This document shows, in pieces, positions 27,802 to 40,701 of a stretch of DNA of 64,000 nt. The DNA comes from Camelus ferus (lineage: Eukaryota). The first letter of the stretch is position 1, and every line of letters starts with the position of its first letter. Below the pieces are notes generated by a model. The model did no database searches. It was not told the origin of the DNA and was given only the letters and a program-made list of their open reading frames with translations. The stretch covers positions 112,036,001-112,100,000 of the forward strand of contig NC_045696.1 in NCBI RefSeq assembly GCF_009834535.1, read 5' to 3'. The position numbers and the translations under genes are program-made.

Positions 27802-28246
27802 TGTGGTCAGATGCCGACTCTGGCACGCTGACCCTCTTGCAAGGTGACTAAGCCACTTTTCCCTGCAGGCGGTGGAGTCCATTTCTCTACCCACTGAATC
27901 CAGGCTTGACCCTGCAACTTGTTTGGCCAATGGGGCAAGTGAGATGCAAACAGAGCTTTGCACACCAGTGCTTGTCCTGTCTCACTGACGGGAACCCATC
28001 CACCACCACATGAACAAGTGCAGGGGAGAGAAGCTCCCGGGTGAGGAGCGGCAGTGTGGGAAGAGAAACCGGTCATCCTGCCGAGGCCCGGGTCGTGCGC
28101 GCGGGGCCATCCTGGGCCCGCCTGGCCCAGGCCAAGCCAGCCCAGATAAGAAGATCTGCACGAACCATAACGGATGATACTTGTCTCTGGTCTTAAGCCA
28201 ACAAGCACTATGGTTACTTGTTAGGCAGCAAAAGCTTCCTGATACA
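27802..28246 (+). mobile_element. MLT1-type solo LTR
   Basis: ggtggagtccatttc...ttaagcca...ttgttaggcagcaa...tgataca. Confidence 0.7.
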
Positions 28247-28588
28247 GAAAATCATGAAACACGTCCCACAAACCTCTCCACAGTAAGATGTCAGATGTTT
28301 CCGGGAGCAGCTCACTTATAAGGACACTGCTAATCTCTGGTTTTGGATGATGAGGTGGGAGCTGAGCAGGAACGAGAGGTGGAGGGACAACAGACAGGCG
28401 AGAGGTCCTGAAGCTGTTGCCATGGAGCCCGGGCAGGCACAGACAGGAGGTGGGCAGGGACAGGGGGCAGCCGTCCCAGGCCCACAGTCCACCAGAAACA
28501 GCTGCTGACACCTTTGGTGTGAACACTTTGGGTCAAAGTTTCTGAGTTTTAGACACTGGAGGACAGAACATATCACCATATACTTTAG

Positions 28589-28808
28589 CAGAGGTCAGGA
28601 AACTAGACCCAAGGGCCATATATGGCCCACACTGCCTATCTTTCTAAATAAAGTTTTATTGGAACATATCCATGCTCATTCATTTGCATATTGTCCGTGG
28701 CTCCTTTCATGCTACAGTGGCAGAGTAGTTGTAACAGATGCCATATGGCCTTCGAAGCCTAAAATATTTACTGTCTGGCTCTTGGCACAATCAATTTGCC
28801 GATTCCTG
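28589..28808. mobile_element. MER58A-like hAT DNA transposon
   Basis: aaataaagttttattggaaca...aagcctaaaatatttact, with degenerate TIRs. Confidence 0.85.
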
Positions 28809-29009
28809 TACTAGGGTAATCAGGAGAGGTTCCATGGAGTGGCTGGGTCTTAACCTGAGTCTTGAAAGAAAGAGGCAGTGTTTATTTTGGCATGAAGGAA
28901 TAGGGAATTGCTGAAAGAAGATTACAAGAATACTAAGATTATAACATGTTACATCACTGTGTGCAAAAGTCATTTCAATAAGTCAACGACGACACAAACA
29001 ATAACTAAA

Positions 29010-29210
29010 CATATATATCACGTACCATGTGCCAGGTATGTGCTTTATAGTAACTCATTTTATCCTCACAATATTATGGGGTAGGTGGTATTATTATCTC
29101 CATTTCTCTAATTGAAAAAAGAGAGACACAGAGAATTGAAAATGCTTGTTCAAGGTCACACAGCTAGCAAGTGGTCTAGCGAGGGTTCAAACCCTGATAC
29201 TCTCACTCCA
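29010..29210 (-). mobile_element. MIR SINE
   Basis: ctcattttatcctcacaa...caaggtcacacagctag...ggttcaaaccc. Confidence 0.75.
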
Positions 29211-29869
29211 GGTCCCCTTTGAAAGCTATGAAAACGGAAATGTACAAAACGATGCATAAATTCTAGCTACGAGCAACAAGACTGTTTCTGAAAAACTCCT
29301 GAAAATCAGCTTTATTACTTTGTATTGCTAAGCCTTCTTGGCTAACCACACCATATGTTCATTTTCTGTATTCTTTGTCCCCTGTAAAAATGTGCCACTG
29401 CGTAGCTGGAAACCCCCTAAACAGGACATCCCTCTGGTCTATACAGTGGTCATGTCGCCATGGTGAGGCTGTGTCAACACGGGAGCCAGTGGCCATTCCC
29501 AGAGGCAGACCACAATCCATTCATTAAATTCTCAGGCTGATACTGCCACCTGGTCCCTAGGGAGACAGAACGTCCTCTTCCCCAAACAATAGTCACTAAG
29601 GTCATTCTGGTCACGACAGGCAGAAGCCACTGTTGATATTACCTCTTAAAGATGAAAATTGGGTTCGGTTTGAGAATCCCACTTTAGAGCGGGGGATCCT
29701 AGCCCAGAGTAGTGACCTTTGATCTCCAGCCAAAAGATGGGCCAGCCCTGATAGGTCAACTGGGGGCTCATGGTGGATCTGCTGGTAGCCCCAAATCGTA
29801 TCATGCATGGGGCTCATCTTAACAGCCAAATTAAAGACACGCAGAATTTCCAAAGAGAAGTTCTTCCTT

Positions 29870-30062
29870 TCTCCCTTTCTCCCTTTCTCTCTCTCTCTCT
29901 CTCTCTCAACTGAAGTACTGTCAGTTACTATGTGTCAATTTCTGATGCACAGCACAATGTCCCAGTCATGTATATACATACATTTATTTGTTTTCTTTTT
30001 TTTTTTCATTAAAGGTTATTACAAGATATTGGACATAGTTCCCCATGCTATACAGCAGAAAC
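29870..30062 (-). mobile_element. Short LINE-1 3' end whose tail has become a (CT)n repeat
   Basis: Reverse complement of the 3'UTR seen at ~8580-8725, with agaagtt on both flanks. Confidence 0.8.
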
Positions 30063-30169
30063 AGAAGTTGTTTCTTGATTCATTACTTTATTATCACAAG
30101 GGACAGATTCCTAATAGTCTTCAATAATATTAACTTTTTACAGACTAACAGAGCTTAAATTTATACACT

Positions 30170-30650
30170 TCTTTTAGAGGGCATTTTGGCAATTTGTTTA
30201 AGCCTAAAAAATGTATAGAGACGTTGACCTAGAAATTCTGCTTCTACTAACTTATCCTAAGTAAATTATCAGAGATATACATAAAGGCTATTTATTAAAG
30301 CATTATTTATAGTAGAGAAACACTGGAAACATCTTCATTGTACAATAGGGGATTTATTAAATAAATTGTGATATAACCATAAACTACTACCTTAACGGTA
30401 TAGCCCTAAAAACTATGCAGTTGTTTAAACTTTGTCATGAAAGACTGTTAAATTTAAAAAGAAAGTTAAAGCCAGTATGCAACATAAAATTCTATTCTTG
30501 TTAAAAAAAAACCAACCAAAATAACAATATGTACCTACTAACAGAAAAATAGGTTTAACAGGGGTTTTCTCCCAGGCTAGAGCTATGGTTATTTTAAAAT
30601 TCTATTTCTTATACAATAAATTATGCATTGAATTGGTAATTTTTTAAATG
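30170..30650 (+). mobile_element. Ancient L1M(E)-type fragment
   Basis: Degenerate ttgacctagaaattc...cattatttatagtag...ataaattgtgatata ORF2-end motifs. Confidence 0.6.
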
Positions 30651-31787
30651 ATAGCAAAAGTTATATTTAATTTTTTTTCAGTTATATATTTTTTCCTTTG
30701 GCTGTCACATTATACTTTTGCCTTCTCATGTTTTTTAAGTTCGGTGAATTTTGTCACTGCATTTTCCCAGCAAGCCAAAATGCAGGCTAGTCTTTCTCAA
30801 CAACCAGGAGGAAAAGCAGTCCACATTTTCAGAGACCCATCTACAATTCAAAAACTCTCAAGTTGGACAGCTGGCTGGCAAGCTCATCTGACCTTACTGG
30901 GCTTATAGTTCTATTAAAAAGATACATCATGACAGGGCTCTGAACCGCTTTCCCAAGTTCATCACAGTTGCTTCTACTGGTACAGGTTTTGTTTTTGTTG
31001 GGGTTTTTCCTAAAAAGAGTCCGAATCTCAAATTAAAACAAGAGGTCAGGGAATTAGCTGACTAAGAGCTGATTAAAACAGTTTGTACTGTACAGATTGT
31101 GAAACAGCTCAATATGTGAGGCTTGGGATCTGGCAGGAGAAGACATGCTAGATAATTTCCTTTCCCAGACACAAAGGGAGCAGGTACACTGAGTTAGAGC
31201 ACACCTCATTAAGGTTTCTGGACATGAGATGACTTAGAGTTTTTTGAAATAAAGGCGTGTCCTTTCATGTAACTTTTAAATGAGTGCTAGAAAATGATTT
31301 ATTTACATATTGCACAACAAATGGACAAAGTGAACTGGTATTCTGCTGAACCCTTCCCAAATCTCAGGATAAATTTAAGCAGGTTCAGCTAGGGGTTACC
31401 AATGATAAAGCATTAATTAGAGGCACAGATGTTTTGCTTTTTATCCAGTTGCCAACTGGTTGCTGGGTTAACTTCCTTGACCACCATATCTGAAGCTACC
31501 AGAGGAAGGGGCATTCCTTTCAAACCAACACAATCCCAGAGGAAGACATGTTCCTAAGGCTGTAATGAATTTCCCCAAACTGGCCTCACCCTGTAAAATC
31601 ATAATGTTTAGTCGACTGATTTTAAAAGGAAGAAAAATTCACATACATTTCTTCAGGGGGCTAAGTGACACTTAGGCATTTGTTCAAACCGCATCTTTAA
31701 GCACTCAGGACACGCAGGCTGTGTGTGAGGCACCGCGTGAGCTAGGGTCCTGATACACTTTGTGTCCCCAGGCAATCAGACATGCAG

Positions 31788-32250
31788 TGTGGCAGACTGG
31801 GTCCAAAAATGACCCCAGCTGCCCTTCCCCTGCTGTCCTGCCCCTTATCATGTGAATTTGCGGCTCCTGTGTTAAGAAGGTGAGTTTATATAGCTACTTC
31901 TTGAGTATGGAGTGGCCTTCTGACTTGCTTTGGCCACCAGACTGTGTCAGAAGAGACGGTGCCTCCTCCTGAGCCCGGTTCTCTCTTCTGGAACCCTGCC
32001 TGTGCGAATCACCGGGGCCAGCCCAACAGGCATGAAAGCTGAGGGTCCCCCACCAACGGGCAGCACCTCAGAAGCAAAGCCAGCCAGCCACCCTGCAGGT
32101 GACCCCATCCACGTGGGGCCAGGACCACACGAACCCCCACAGAGGAACCTGGCCTAACATGCTGGCCCCATGAGTCATGAGCCAAATGAAAGGCTGCTGT
32201 TTCAAGCCATTCCGTTTTAGGCTGGTGTGTCACAGAATAGAGCCTGACTC
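31788..32250 (+). mobile_element. MLT1-type solo LTR
   Basis: tgtggcagact...tgctgtttcaagcca...gtgtgtcacag. Confidence 0.7.
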
Positions 32251-33178
32251 CCCCATACACACAGTAACAGCAAGTACTGACTCCGATAAGCCAAATACAA
32301 AATGCTTCGGAGCACCTGGGAGGGGGGCACCTGTACTATGATTCCAACATGTTTATTATAATGGTCAACACATCATGCAATTTGGGTGCGTAAACGACAC
32401 GCCTTAACTGCCATTGGTGGGAAGAGAAAGAAGCCGTGTGTCTAGGGAAGGGCTGGCTCAGGACAGCCGCAGAGCCTTTGAGAGACTGGCTATGGACGGG
32501 TTGGATTTGCCTATGAAGTCACTCTTTGTTTCTTTCCTCTCTTTAAAAAAAACTAAGAAGCTCTTTCACTCAATTAAGCCTGTTGGCCTCGATTACGATT
32601 GTCTAGTTTGATTCAAAGCAGCCATATCCTCTCTGACACATGTTCAGCCTCCACTTCTCTGTAGGCTGGAATTTTAAATCCAGCTCCCCTGAATTTATGA
32701 CACACACAGTAGCAAGTCCCTACAGGCTGAAAATCAAACTGTAATTCAAAGGCCACAGGGCTGAGGAAACAGCCAGAAGATAAATCCCCATTTCAACCTT
32801 GGATTCTCTGCAAGTTGATTCAGGGGACTGTCAGTCATATTTAAAAATAAAATAAAACTACAAAGACACCAGATGGCATATTCTAAAGAGAAACAAGATG
32901 ATGCTTTAAGGACTCCTTCAAAAGGCTCTTGTTACCTGAAAAGAACTCTTCGAAGGGCCCCAGAACATTTGGCGGCCATCAGTCATTTGCTGAAGTTTCT
33001 GAATTTTTAACTAATGAGATATAAGGAAGAAATGAAACCAACAAACACAGCCCAGCCCACCAGAATGATCGGAGGTGACGTTACAGATGTCGAAGCAGCC
33101 GAGTCCTGGAGCTGGGCAGGTCACGTCCACGGAGCACGCGGACAACAGAGCATCCTGGGCGCAGAGATGGGCACTCAC

Positions 33179-33327
33179 CTTACACCCCTCGCAGGCGCTG
33201 ACCCCATAGTGGTACCCGGACGACTTGTCCTGGCAGACGAAGCAGGGTTTGTACACGCGAGGAGGAGGAAGTGGAGACGGAGGGCTGGGGACCAGTTCCT
33301 CTGAGCTGGTGCTCTGCGTTTCAATCG
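33179..33327 (-). CDS. RARB: RARB common exon: region B plus first C4 zinc finger of the DNA-binding domain, 149 nt
   Basis: Long pyrimidine tract then tgtag|CG acceptor. Reads (S)[49 protein letters not shown] with P-box CEGCK, ending at AAG|gtgagt. 157+149=306 nt, in frame. Confidence 0.98.
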
Positions 33328-34479
33328 CTACAGGGGAGGTGGGGAGGAGGAGAAAAAGAGGGAAAATGCGTTTCAGCTCATTTCCTCTTCACCAGTGAGT
33401 TCCTAGACTCTGCCCTCCATTCAGCAATAACATAGCGAGGATGCACCCACAAAAGCAGCTGTCACTGTAGGCATGGCAGTGGGCATCCTGACACTGACGT
33501 GGTACTTCCCAGCTTACAAAGCAGCCCCATACGCCTCTCCCACTCACAAGGCACCGTGGCTCCGTGAGGGAGGGGATTCTGTCACCACTTTGCCCTCAAA
33601 AGAAACAGAAAGCCAGAGGGGGGCAGTGACCTGTCTGAGATCTGCAGGGCATTGGTAGAGACGGAGGTTCACACTGCACCCCTCAGAATCCTTTACTCAC
33701 TTCCCCTGGCTTCTGACTCAGAGCCTTGGAAATGACCTGTGCAACCCTGTTTCTCACTTAACCAAGTCTGTTTCTTTAGGAAATGAAGAAAATGCCCAAA
33801 GCAGCCATTCCACAAGGACATGGGGAGGGAAGTGAGTCCACGGCCAGAGCTGAGCTTCATCAAGTCCGTGTTGGTGGATGTCTGTGACTCGGAGTCTCCT
33901 CAGACCAGCAGCATCATCGTCATGTCACAGCTTATCAGAAAAGGTGGCATGTGGCCCCAGCTCAAGCCCAGGGAATCAGAGCTGCATCGTAACCAAACCG
34001 CCAAGTGACTGAACGTACAATGAATGTTTGAGAAGCAGCGGCTCCCGCTAACAACGGCGCAGACTGACCTGCCCTTTATTCTAGATTTACAAACGCACAA
34101 CTCCTCCTCCATCTCATTATTTAACCACCCCAATCCCATGGGAAATAGGAATTTAGAACTTAGGACCTGAGTAATCTCCCACCCCTACTCTCTGGATTTC
34201 TGCTCAAAGTCAAAGCAAGACCTAGTCCTATTCCTAGTACAGGCAAAACTGTTCATAGAGTGCGATGGGAGCGGGGAAGGGAGTGACTGAAAGTGGTCAG
34301 ATGTCCTCAAATCTCCACGCTCCCAGCCACTTTACAGGATTCGGTGTATTTCCCAGAGGATAAAACTTCTAGTTGTTCCACTGTTCATAACCTCCCAGAT
34401 TAGATGTTCTACCGGCTGGACTGCCCTACAGCCAAACTGTCAGCAAATCAAGGCAACTCCAACTCTACCCCCTGAACAC

Positions 34480-35735
34480 GCCGTTAATCCATTCATGTCT
34501 CACAATGCTGCCTAGCAGTCCCCCGTCAGCCCCAACCTGCGCTCCAGAGAAGACTCTTCACTGGTCTCCCTGCCTGTTCTTCTGCCCTGGGGTCCACTCT
34601 GCAGACACACAGTCAGATCACTGCTCCAAAGTTAAGAGCAATCCCTCTCCTTCACCTGCCCAAAGCCCAGCAGGTCACCAGTTAGGTCAAAGCCAAACTC
34701 TTTGCTGTTTAACAAGGCTCTTCATGATACGGCCCTTCAGTAACATCACTGAATTCAATGATTCTCCTTGTTCATTGACTTTTTAAAAACACCTTTATTG
34801 TGGTTATTGTTCCTGTACACTGAACTACACATATTCCAAATGTACAATTTGATGAATTCTGATAGATGTGTATGCACCCATGAAACCACTACCATCAAGA
34901 TAGCTACCATTTCCATCACTCTCCAAGAGGTATAATTTTCAAATTCCCAATTTATCCCTTCTCACCCCCTTTACTCACTAGTAACCATAAGTTTGTTCTC
35001 TGTGTTTGTGAGTCTGTTTCTGTTTTGTGAATAAATTCATCTGTGTCATTTTTTTTAGGTTTCACATATGTGTGATATCATATGGTATTTGTCTTTCTCC
35101 TTCTGGCTTGCTTCACTTAGAATGATGATCTCCAGGTCCATCCATGTTGCTGCAAATGGCATTATTTTATCCTTTTTTATGGCTGAGTAGTATTTCATTG
35201 TATAACTATACCACAGCTTTCTTATCCAGTCATCTATCGATGGACATTTGGGCTGTTTCCATGCTGTTGTAAATAGTGCTGCTGTGAACATGGGGGTGCG
35301 TATGTTCACTGACTTGTAAACACTTGATTTCTGTTCCACCTCTTGAATAGGCAAGCTTGCATACCAACTTCAGGGTACCACACTAACCGTTTCCCCCAAC
35401 TTGGAAATTCTCAGAACTTCACATGTCTGGTTCCTTTTCTCTCTTAGATCTTAGAGCAGGTATCACCTCCTCAGAGATGATTTTTCTAAATAAAATGCCC
35501 CTTCCCACTCCTGGTCACTATATCTCCTTATTTTAATTTTTCTATAGTACCCCAACTAGTGTATAAATTTAGAAAGTTTGCTTGTTTACAATTTTACATT
35601 CCCCCTGTTCTTCCCCCCAAGTATGGGTCTTGTGACCCCAAGGAACTTACATGATTATTTATGACTGTGTTTCAGGCCTAGAAGAGGTCCTGGCACATAG
35701 TAGGTGGGTAACTGATAATTATTTGTTGAATTAAT
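34480..35735 (+). mobile_element. LINE-2 3' fragment interrupted by an L1
   Basis: tcacctcctcagaga...tggcacatagtagg...tttgttgaat L2 3' end. Confidence 0.6.
34782..35302 (-). mobile_element. Composite LINE-1 fragment
   Basis: ORF 35055-35354 contains MFTAALFT..WKQPKCPSIDDWIRKLWYSYTMKYYSAIKK (L1 ORF2 C-terminus). TSD tgttca(t/c)tgactt. Confidence 0.9.
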
Positions 35736-37325
35736 ACATGAATTTTTTTCTCTTTTCCTTATTCATCTTCATTCTGAGCACTAAGTGCCCCTCTCAGTTT
35801 TTAAATGGTGAAATTAGGAATCAAATGGCTTTCATATACTCATTTGCTCCCTTTAAAAGTAATTCATTATCCCTTTGGAACAGAATCAACTATAATTATA
35901 GTATTTTCATAATTCAGAAGAACCTTGGAATGAATTCATTAGAACAGTGCAGGTCTAACAGATGAATCTGGTACAGTCTTTATGGGTTAGCTTGGCACAG
36001 TTGTGGCAAGTGTTGCCTAGGAAGGTTGACATCCAAGACGCCACAAAAGCTTATCAGTTCAGCTATCAAGCTACAGTGCAAAAGCATTTCTCACACTACA
36101 CCAATCAGCTTCCTTGAAAGCAAATGAGTAATAATGGCACCAATAAGAAAACAGTACTAAATATTACATCGCTCTTTGTTAAAAACTTAAGAAAACAGAC
36201 ACACGCAGAATCACCCACAATCCTTTCACTCAGAGAAAACTACTACTGTTTTATTGTCTTGGCATCTAACCTTCAGAACATTTTACTATGCATGGAAATG
36301 TTTGGAGTTTGTTTATTTAACAAAGTGGAATTGTACCGTAGATTCTGTTGGGGACTGTGTTCCACTTACTATGTCATGAGTTTGTTTCTATGTCGATAAA
36401 TATTTTTCCTGCAAAAAATTCCATTATGATGAATATCTTTTTGGCTATTCTCAGCATATCTCTGACTATTTCACTTCTGAGAGTGGAATGATTAGTGCAG
36501 AACATATGGTTGTTTAAGAATATTTTGTTTCTTCTAGAAAGGCTGTGCCAATGTATATTGTCCCTAATATCAACGTAGGTGAGTCCTTCCTGAAATGCCT
36601 CCCAGAGCTTTCTGATTGGTTTTATTTGTGTGCCCCAAGTGAGCGAGCTGTGATGACAGCGGGAAGATCACTCCCTATTGGGCGCGATGTGGGGAGAGTG
36701 TGTTTTGATGTTCCACTCGTCCATGTAGAACAGCTAATCTGGCTTGTCTAGGAAAGTTGTAAATAGAATTCTGTTAGGGCTGGATTCAGCTGTCAGAGGT
36801 ATGCCCTGAATTTCAAAAGTGGGTGGTAATTTCCATAAATATGCCACTTCTAATACACGTACTGAGGGGGCCCGGCATCACCCCCTCCCCAAGAGAGGAA
36901 ACAGAGTGGCAGGCAATGTAAACCTGAGCAACTCGGGCAAAGCACACGAACGTGGGGAGACCTCGAAAATCTGGAAACATTTTATAACGGTTGGTAAGAG
37001 CCTTTCTCTGTGGATGAGAGTCACTTATAGCAAAGGAATGAATCAGGAGACTCTTCCCAAACAGCTGCATGAATGAAAATGTTCTGTTGTAAGCAATCAA
37101 TAGCAAGGGCTCTGGACTTTTATTAAGGCTGTGGTGATTTCACCAGCGGTGCTATGAACTTGCCCATATTTGTACAGCGCATGTTCCTGCATTCAATCAT
37201 TTCACTCCCTGAGTGACTATAACATGCCAAGCGAGTGTTACAGGCTATGGATGGTACATGGTACAATCCCTTAGCCATGACAAGTTGGGCCTGATAGAGA
37301 GTAAACCAACAATTAGAATATAATA

Positions 37326-37519
37326 CAGTGGTTCTCAAACCTGGCTGTGTATTAGAACTTTAGAACTACCTGGGGAGTTTTTCAAACATCCTAAAACGCC
37401 CAAGTTGTATCTCAGACCTATAATGCAGAATGCCTGGGAGTGGGAGAGCCAGGTATCAGTGTTTGAGAAAAAAAAAAATTCCCAGATGACTCCAAATTAT
37501 AGGAGTTTGGGAGCCACTG
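37326..37519. mobile_element. MER5-family hAT DNA transposon
   Basis: TIRs cagtggttctcaaac / gtttgggagccactg. Confidence 0.8.
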
Positions 37520-40500
37520 ATGTGACATAATGACAGAGAGGGCTATAAGTCTTATTCGGCTCAGAGAAATCAAGGGAGGCTTCCCAGAGGAGGTGGCCAG
37601 GCTGTGTTTTGAAGGTTGAATTGTTTCTGTCTATTGTGGTTTGTAATGTGATCTCTACCAATGCCACACATGCATCTCATACAAACATAAACAGAAAAGA
37701 CATATATACAGCAGGAAATAATCATCTTCGAGAAGACTTTCCCATTGGTGGTCAAGAAATAACTATTTAACTATACATATTCAAATGTCCTCTCAAAACT
37801 GATCTGCTATGGTCCTGCATTTCCTCCGTGTGGCCTCTGACGCTGAGAACAACGCAAAGTGAAAAAGAAAAATCTCAGTGGTACAGTCAGATCGCCAAAA
37901 GGAGCCCTTAAGCAAACGTGCCAATGCAAATTATAGAATTACAACCAAGATACGGCATCAATAGAAAAGCAGATTCGAGTTTCAGTGCAATCTCTGGCCT
38001 TCTTGGTAGTGTACCAAAAACATGCTTTGGCCAAGTTTATCAGTGCTCCTCTTCCCTGGCCCCCACCCCCACCCCACCCCCATAAAGAGAGTGGGAAACA
38101 AGCGAGGGGACAGACGACGGCTGATGGCTCCCCTTCATCTAGTCCTTTTTGGTATTTAAGATAGCTACAGAGGGCTGGACCATTGATCGGTTCACTGTCA
38201 TCCTGCTTAAATCAATAATCTATTAGTCCCTTTAAATTAGAGTTAGATTCATCAAATGCCCTTGAGAGGCCTCCAACATTTTGTTCCTTATTCCAGGAGA
38301 GCACAATCAGTCCGTGGAATGATAAAATTTTTGCTCGAAAACTCTGCAGGCTCAGCAGACAACGTGTCCTGTATTAGCTCATTCAGCGATCTCAGGCAGG
38401 CCAAAAAAGCAGTTTTTAGACTTCCCCGGGGGGAAAAGAGGCTTGTGTCATTCAATAAAACAACTGCACGCCAGCCATTCTGTTGTGATTTCAGTTTGGG
38501 GAAGCAGTCTTTGAGGAATAATTTGGATCTGCTTTTTGCCTCCTGCTTTTATTTATTTCCTTGCTTACTTATTGTCTTATTCAGTTCTGTTTGGTGACTG
38601 CATCCCCAACAAGCAGCAGCCTCCAATGTGGCATCCAAACTGCTAACCAGATGGGCTGCCTCGCTTCGTCAGGGAATGACCAAGGCAGGAACTTCTGTTG
38701 CTCAGGCGAGATGGATGTTTGGCTCCGTGGGTCTCTGCCCGGAGCAGAGTCAGCACCAGAGGTGCTGAGGGGGCTTCTCTGGGCTGCCCACTTGCCAAAG
38801 GAGACAGCCGATCCAAAATTGCCCTGAAGGAAGCTTCTAGCCCGTATTTTAAACCTCTCCATCCCCACAACACAGAGGTGGCTGTCACTAGGGCAGAGAA
38901 AGCTAGAATCACATTCCTAATAGAAAAATTCATTACAGATCTTCTTTGCCTTTAAACTAATATTCCTCAAAGTGTGGTCCAGACCAGCAACCAGCAGCAG
39001 AATTGCAGAGGCAGGGAAGAAGGCATTTGATTTAAATTAGTGATTTTCATACTATCTATGGTAAAGGATCATTTTTTTTACCCCCCCCCATGGATTGATA
39101 AGATCAATAAAAAACAAATCCCTAGGAAAACAGACATACAAAATGAATCTCCAGAAAAAAGGAATTAAAAAGATGCCCAAAACACAAGCTGTAACTTAAT
39201 GGGGGTGTGGGGAGTGGGCAGTAATTTGATCTAAAATTACTTTATCAAACTGCTGTGAAAGTTTCTAAACATTTGCTCTCATTTCTGCCCTGTCTCCTGG
39301 AGGACTGGCAGTAGGCCACTGAAGCCCTGGCCTTGGCTGCAGCTGGCACTTTGAGAAGCCCGGCTCTGAAGGACTCCAAACTGGGAGGTTGTTTGCAATC
39401 AAAACAAAAACAAACGAAATGAAATCTCCACTGACTGAGATGGCCCAAAAGCAGAATACCAGCGCTCCCAAGTGACACAGCTTTCTTAAACACTGCCACA
39501 ACTCTGGGGGTTAATTCACTCCCAAAATAAAAGAGGGGGTGGGAGGGGGTGGGTGGGGGTGGGTGGGAAGAATGCTGTTGCCTGTTAAGAGGACTTGGCA
39601 CTTGGGAATTTAACTCACCTGAGAAAACACAGTATAAATGTCCTTGTTATTACAACACACCTGAGTGTCATTTACACACACACAAAGTCTCTAACAATAG
39701 CTCCCTTCACAATTCCTAACATGCTTGGCATTTTTCTAAAGGTTAGATTAAGTAGCAGATAACATTTTTAAGAGAAGTCTCAGTATACTATTTTTTTTCC
39801 TTTGTGAGAACTAATTTACTGCTGGCTAAGCCATGTTGACAGACTTCAGGATTTTATGTTGGGTCTGATTAGAGGCGGGCAGGCAGGCATCCTGCATTAT
39901 GAAAGCCCTGCCTTTTTACTAGAACCTTCGACGATTAAGACAGTATTTTAATGCACTCTCTGGGCAGCTGAGCCTTAAAAGAAAAAGGAGTTGTAAAGCA
40001 AAAGGCATTTCCTGCAAGGCCCCAGGGGAATTTTGAGCCCTGAGCTTCGGGACCCGGTGGGAGGGAGTAATTTCAGCTAATTAAAGGAGAATAGGCAAAG
40101 TGTTGCATTTGGTCAAAACATTCAGTTGGGTTTCATTTTTGTTGGCACCAAGGAAGGCTGGTCTGGACTCCCCGCCCCCCCCTTTTACTGTGGATTCTCT
40201 GCAGGATCGTAAGGCCCACAGCTCACATACATTAGGGAGAAAGTCAAAGGAAACGCCAAAGTTCAACCAAAGTACAAGTAATTAGAACCAGATTCTCCGC
40301 TGCGTGTGTGTGCGCATGCGTGCGCGCGCGAGCGTGGACGTTTTATTAAAATATAATTTACATGCCTCCAAACGTGGGGTGGGGGGCGGGCAACCTCCAT
40401 ACTGCCGCTCGTTTAATTTTCCGGTCGCCTCTGGTTAGGGGGTTCCTGCTTTTAATCATCTTTCAGGAGGGGCGGTTTGTTTTCACGCACAAGAGATTTT

Positions 40501-40676
40501 GCAAATCTGTGAATCGCATTTTGAAATTAGGTAATTGCCGAAGAAGAAAAACTCTGCTTTGAAATTGTCTTGCCTCACTCCGCTCCTGGCTTTGTTATTA
40601 CTAAGCAGCTCCAAGATTAGTCCCGGGTTTGGGGGAGGGGAGGGAAGGAAAACACCATGGCGGGCTCTGGCAGTCT

Positions 40677-40701
40677 TGACTCAGTAACCTGCCCGTGACC
40701 C
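40677..40701 (-). promoter_or_regulatory. AP-1 site next to a DR5 RARE-like motif (intronic)
   Basis: TGACTCA at 40677-40683, then GGGTCA-cgggc-AGGTTA on the minus strand at 40685-40701. Confidence 0.5.

Noticed and set aside
34672..34689. AGGTCA-n6-AGGTCA
   Set aside because: Non-canonical spacing and located inside an L2 relic.
35055..35354. 99 aa ORF with protein-like sequence
   Set aside because: It is a decayed LINE-1 ORF2 C-terminus, not a host gene.
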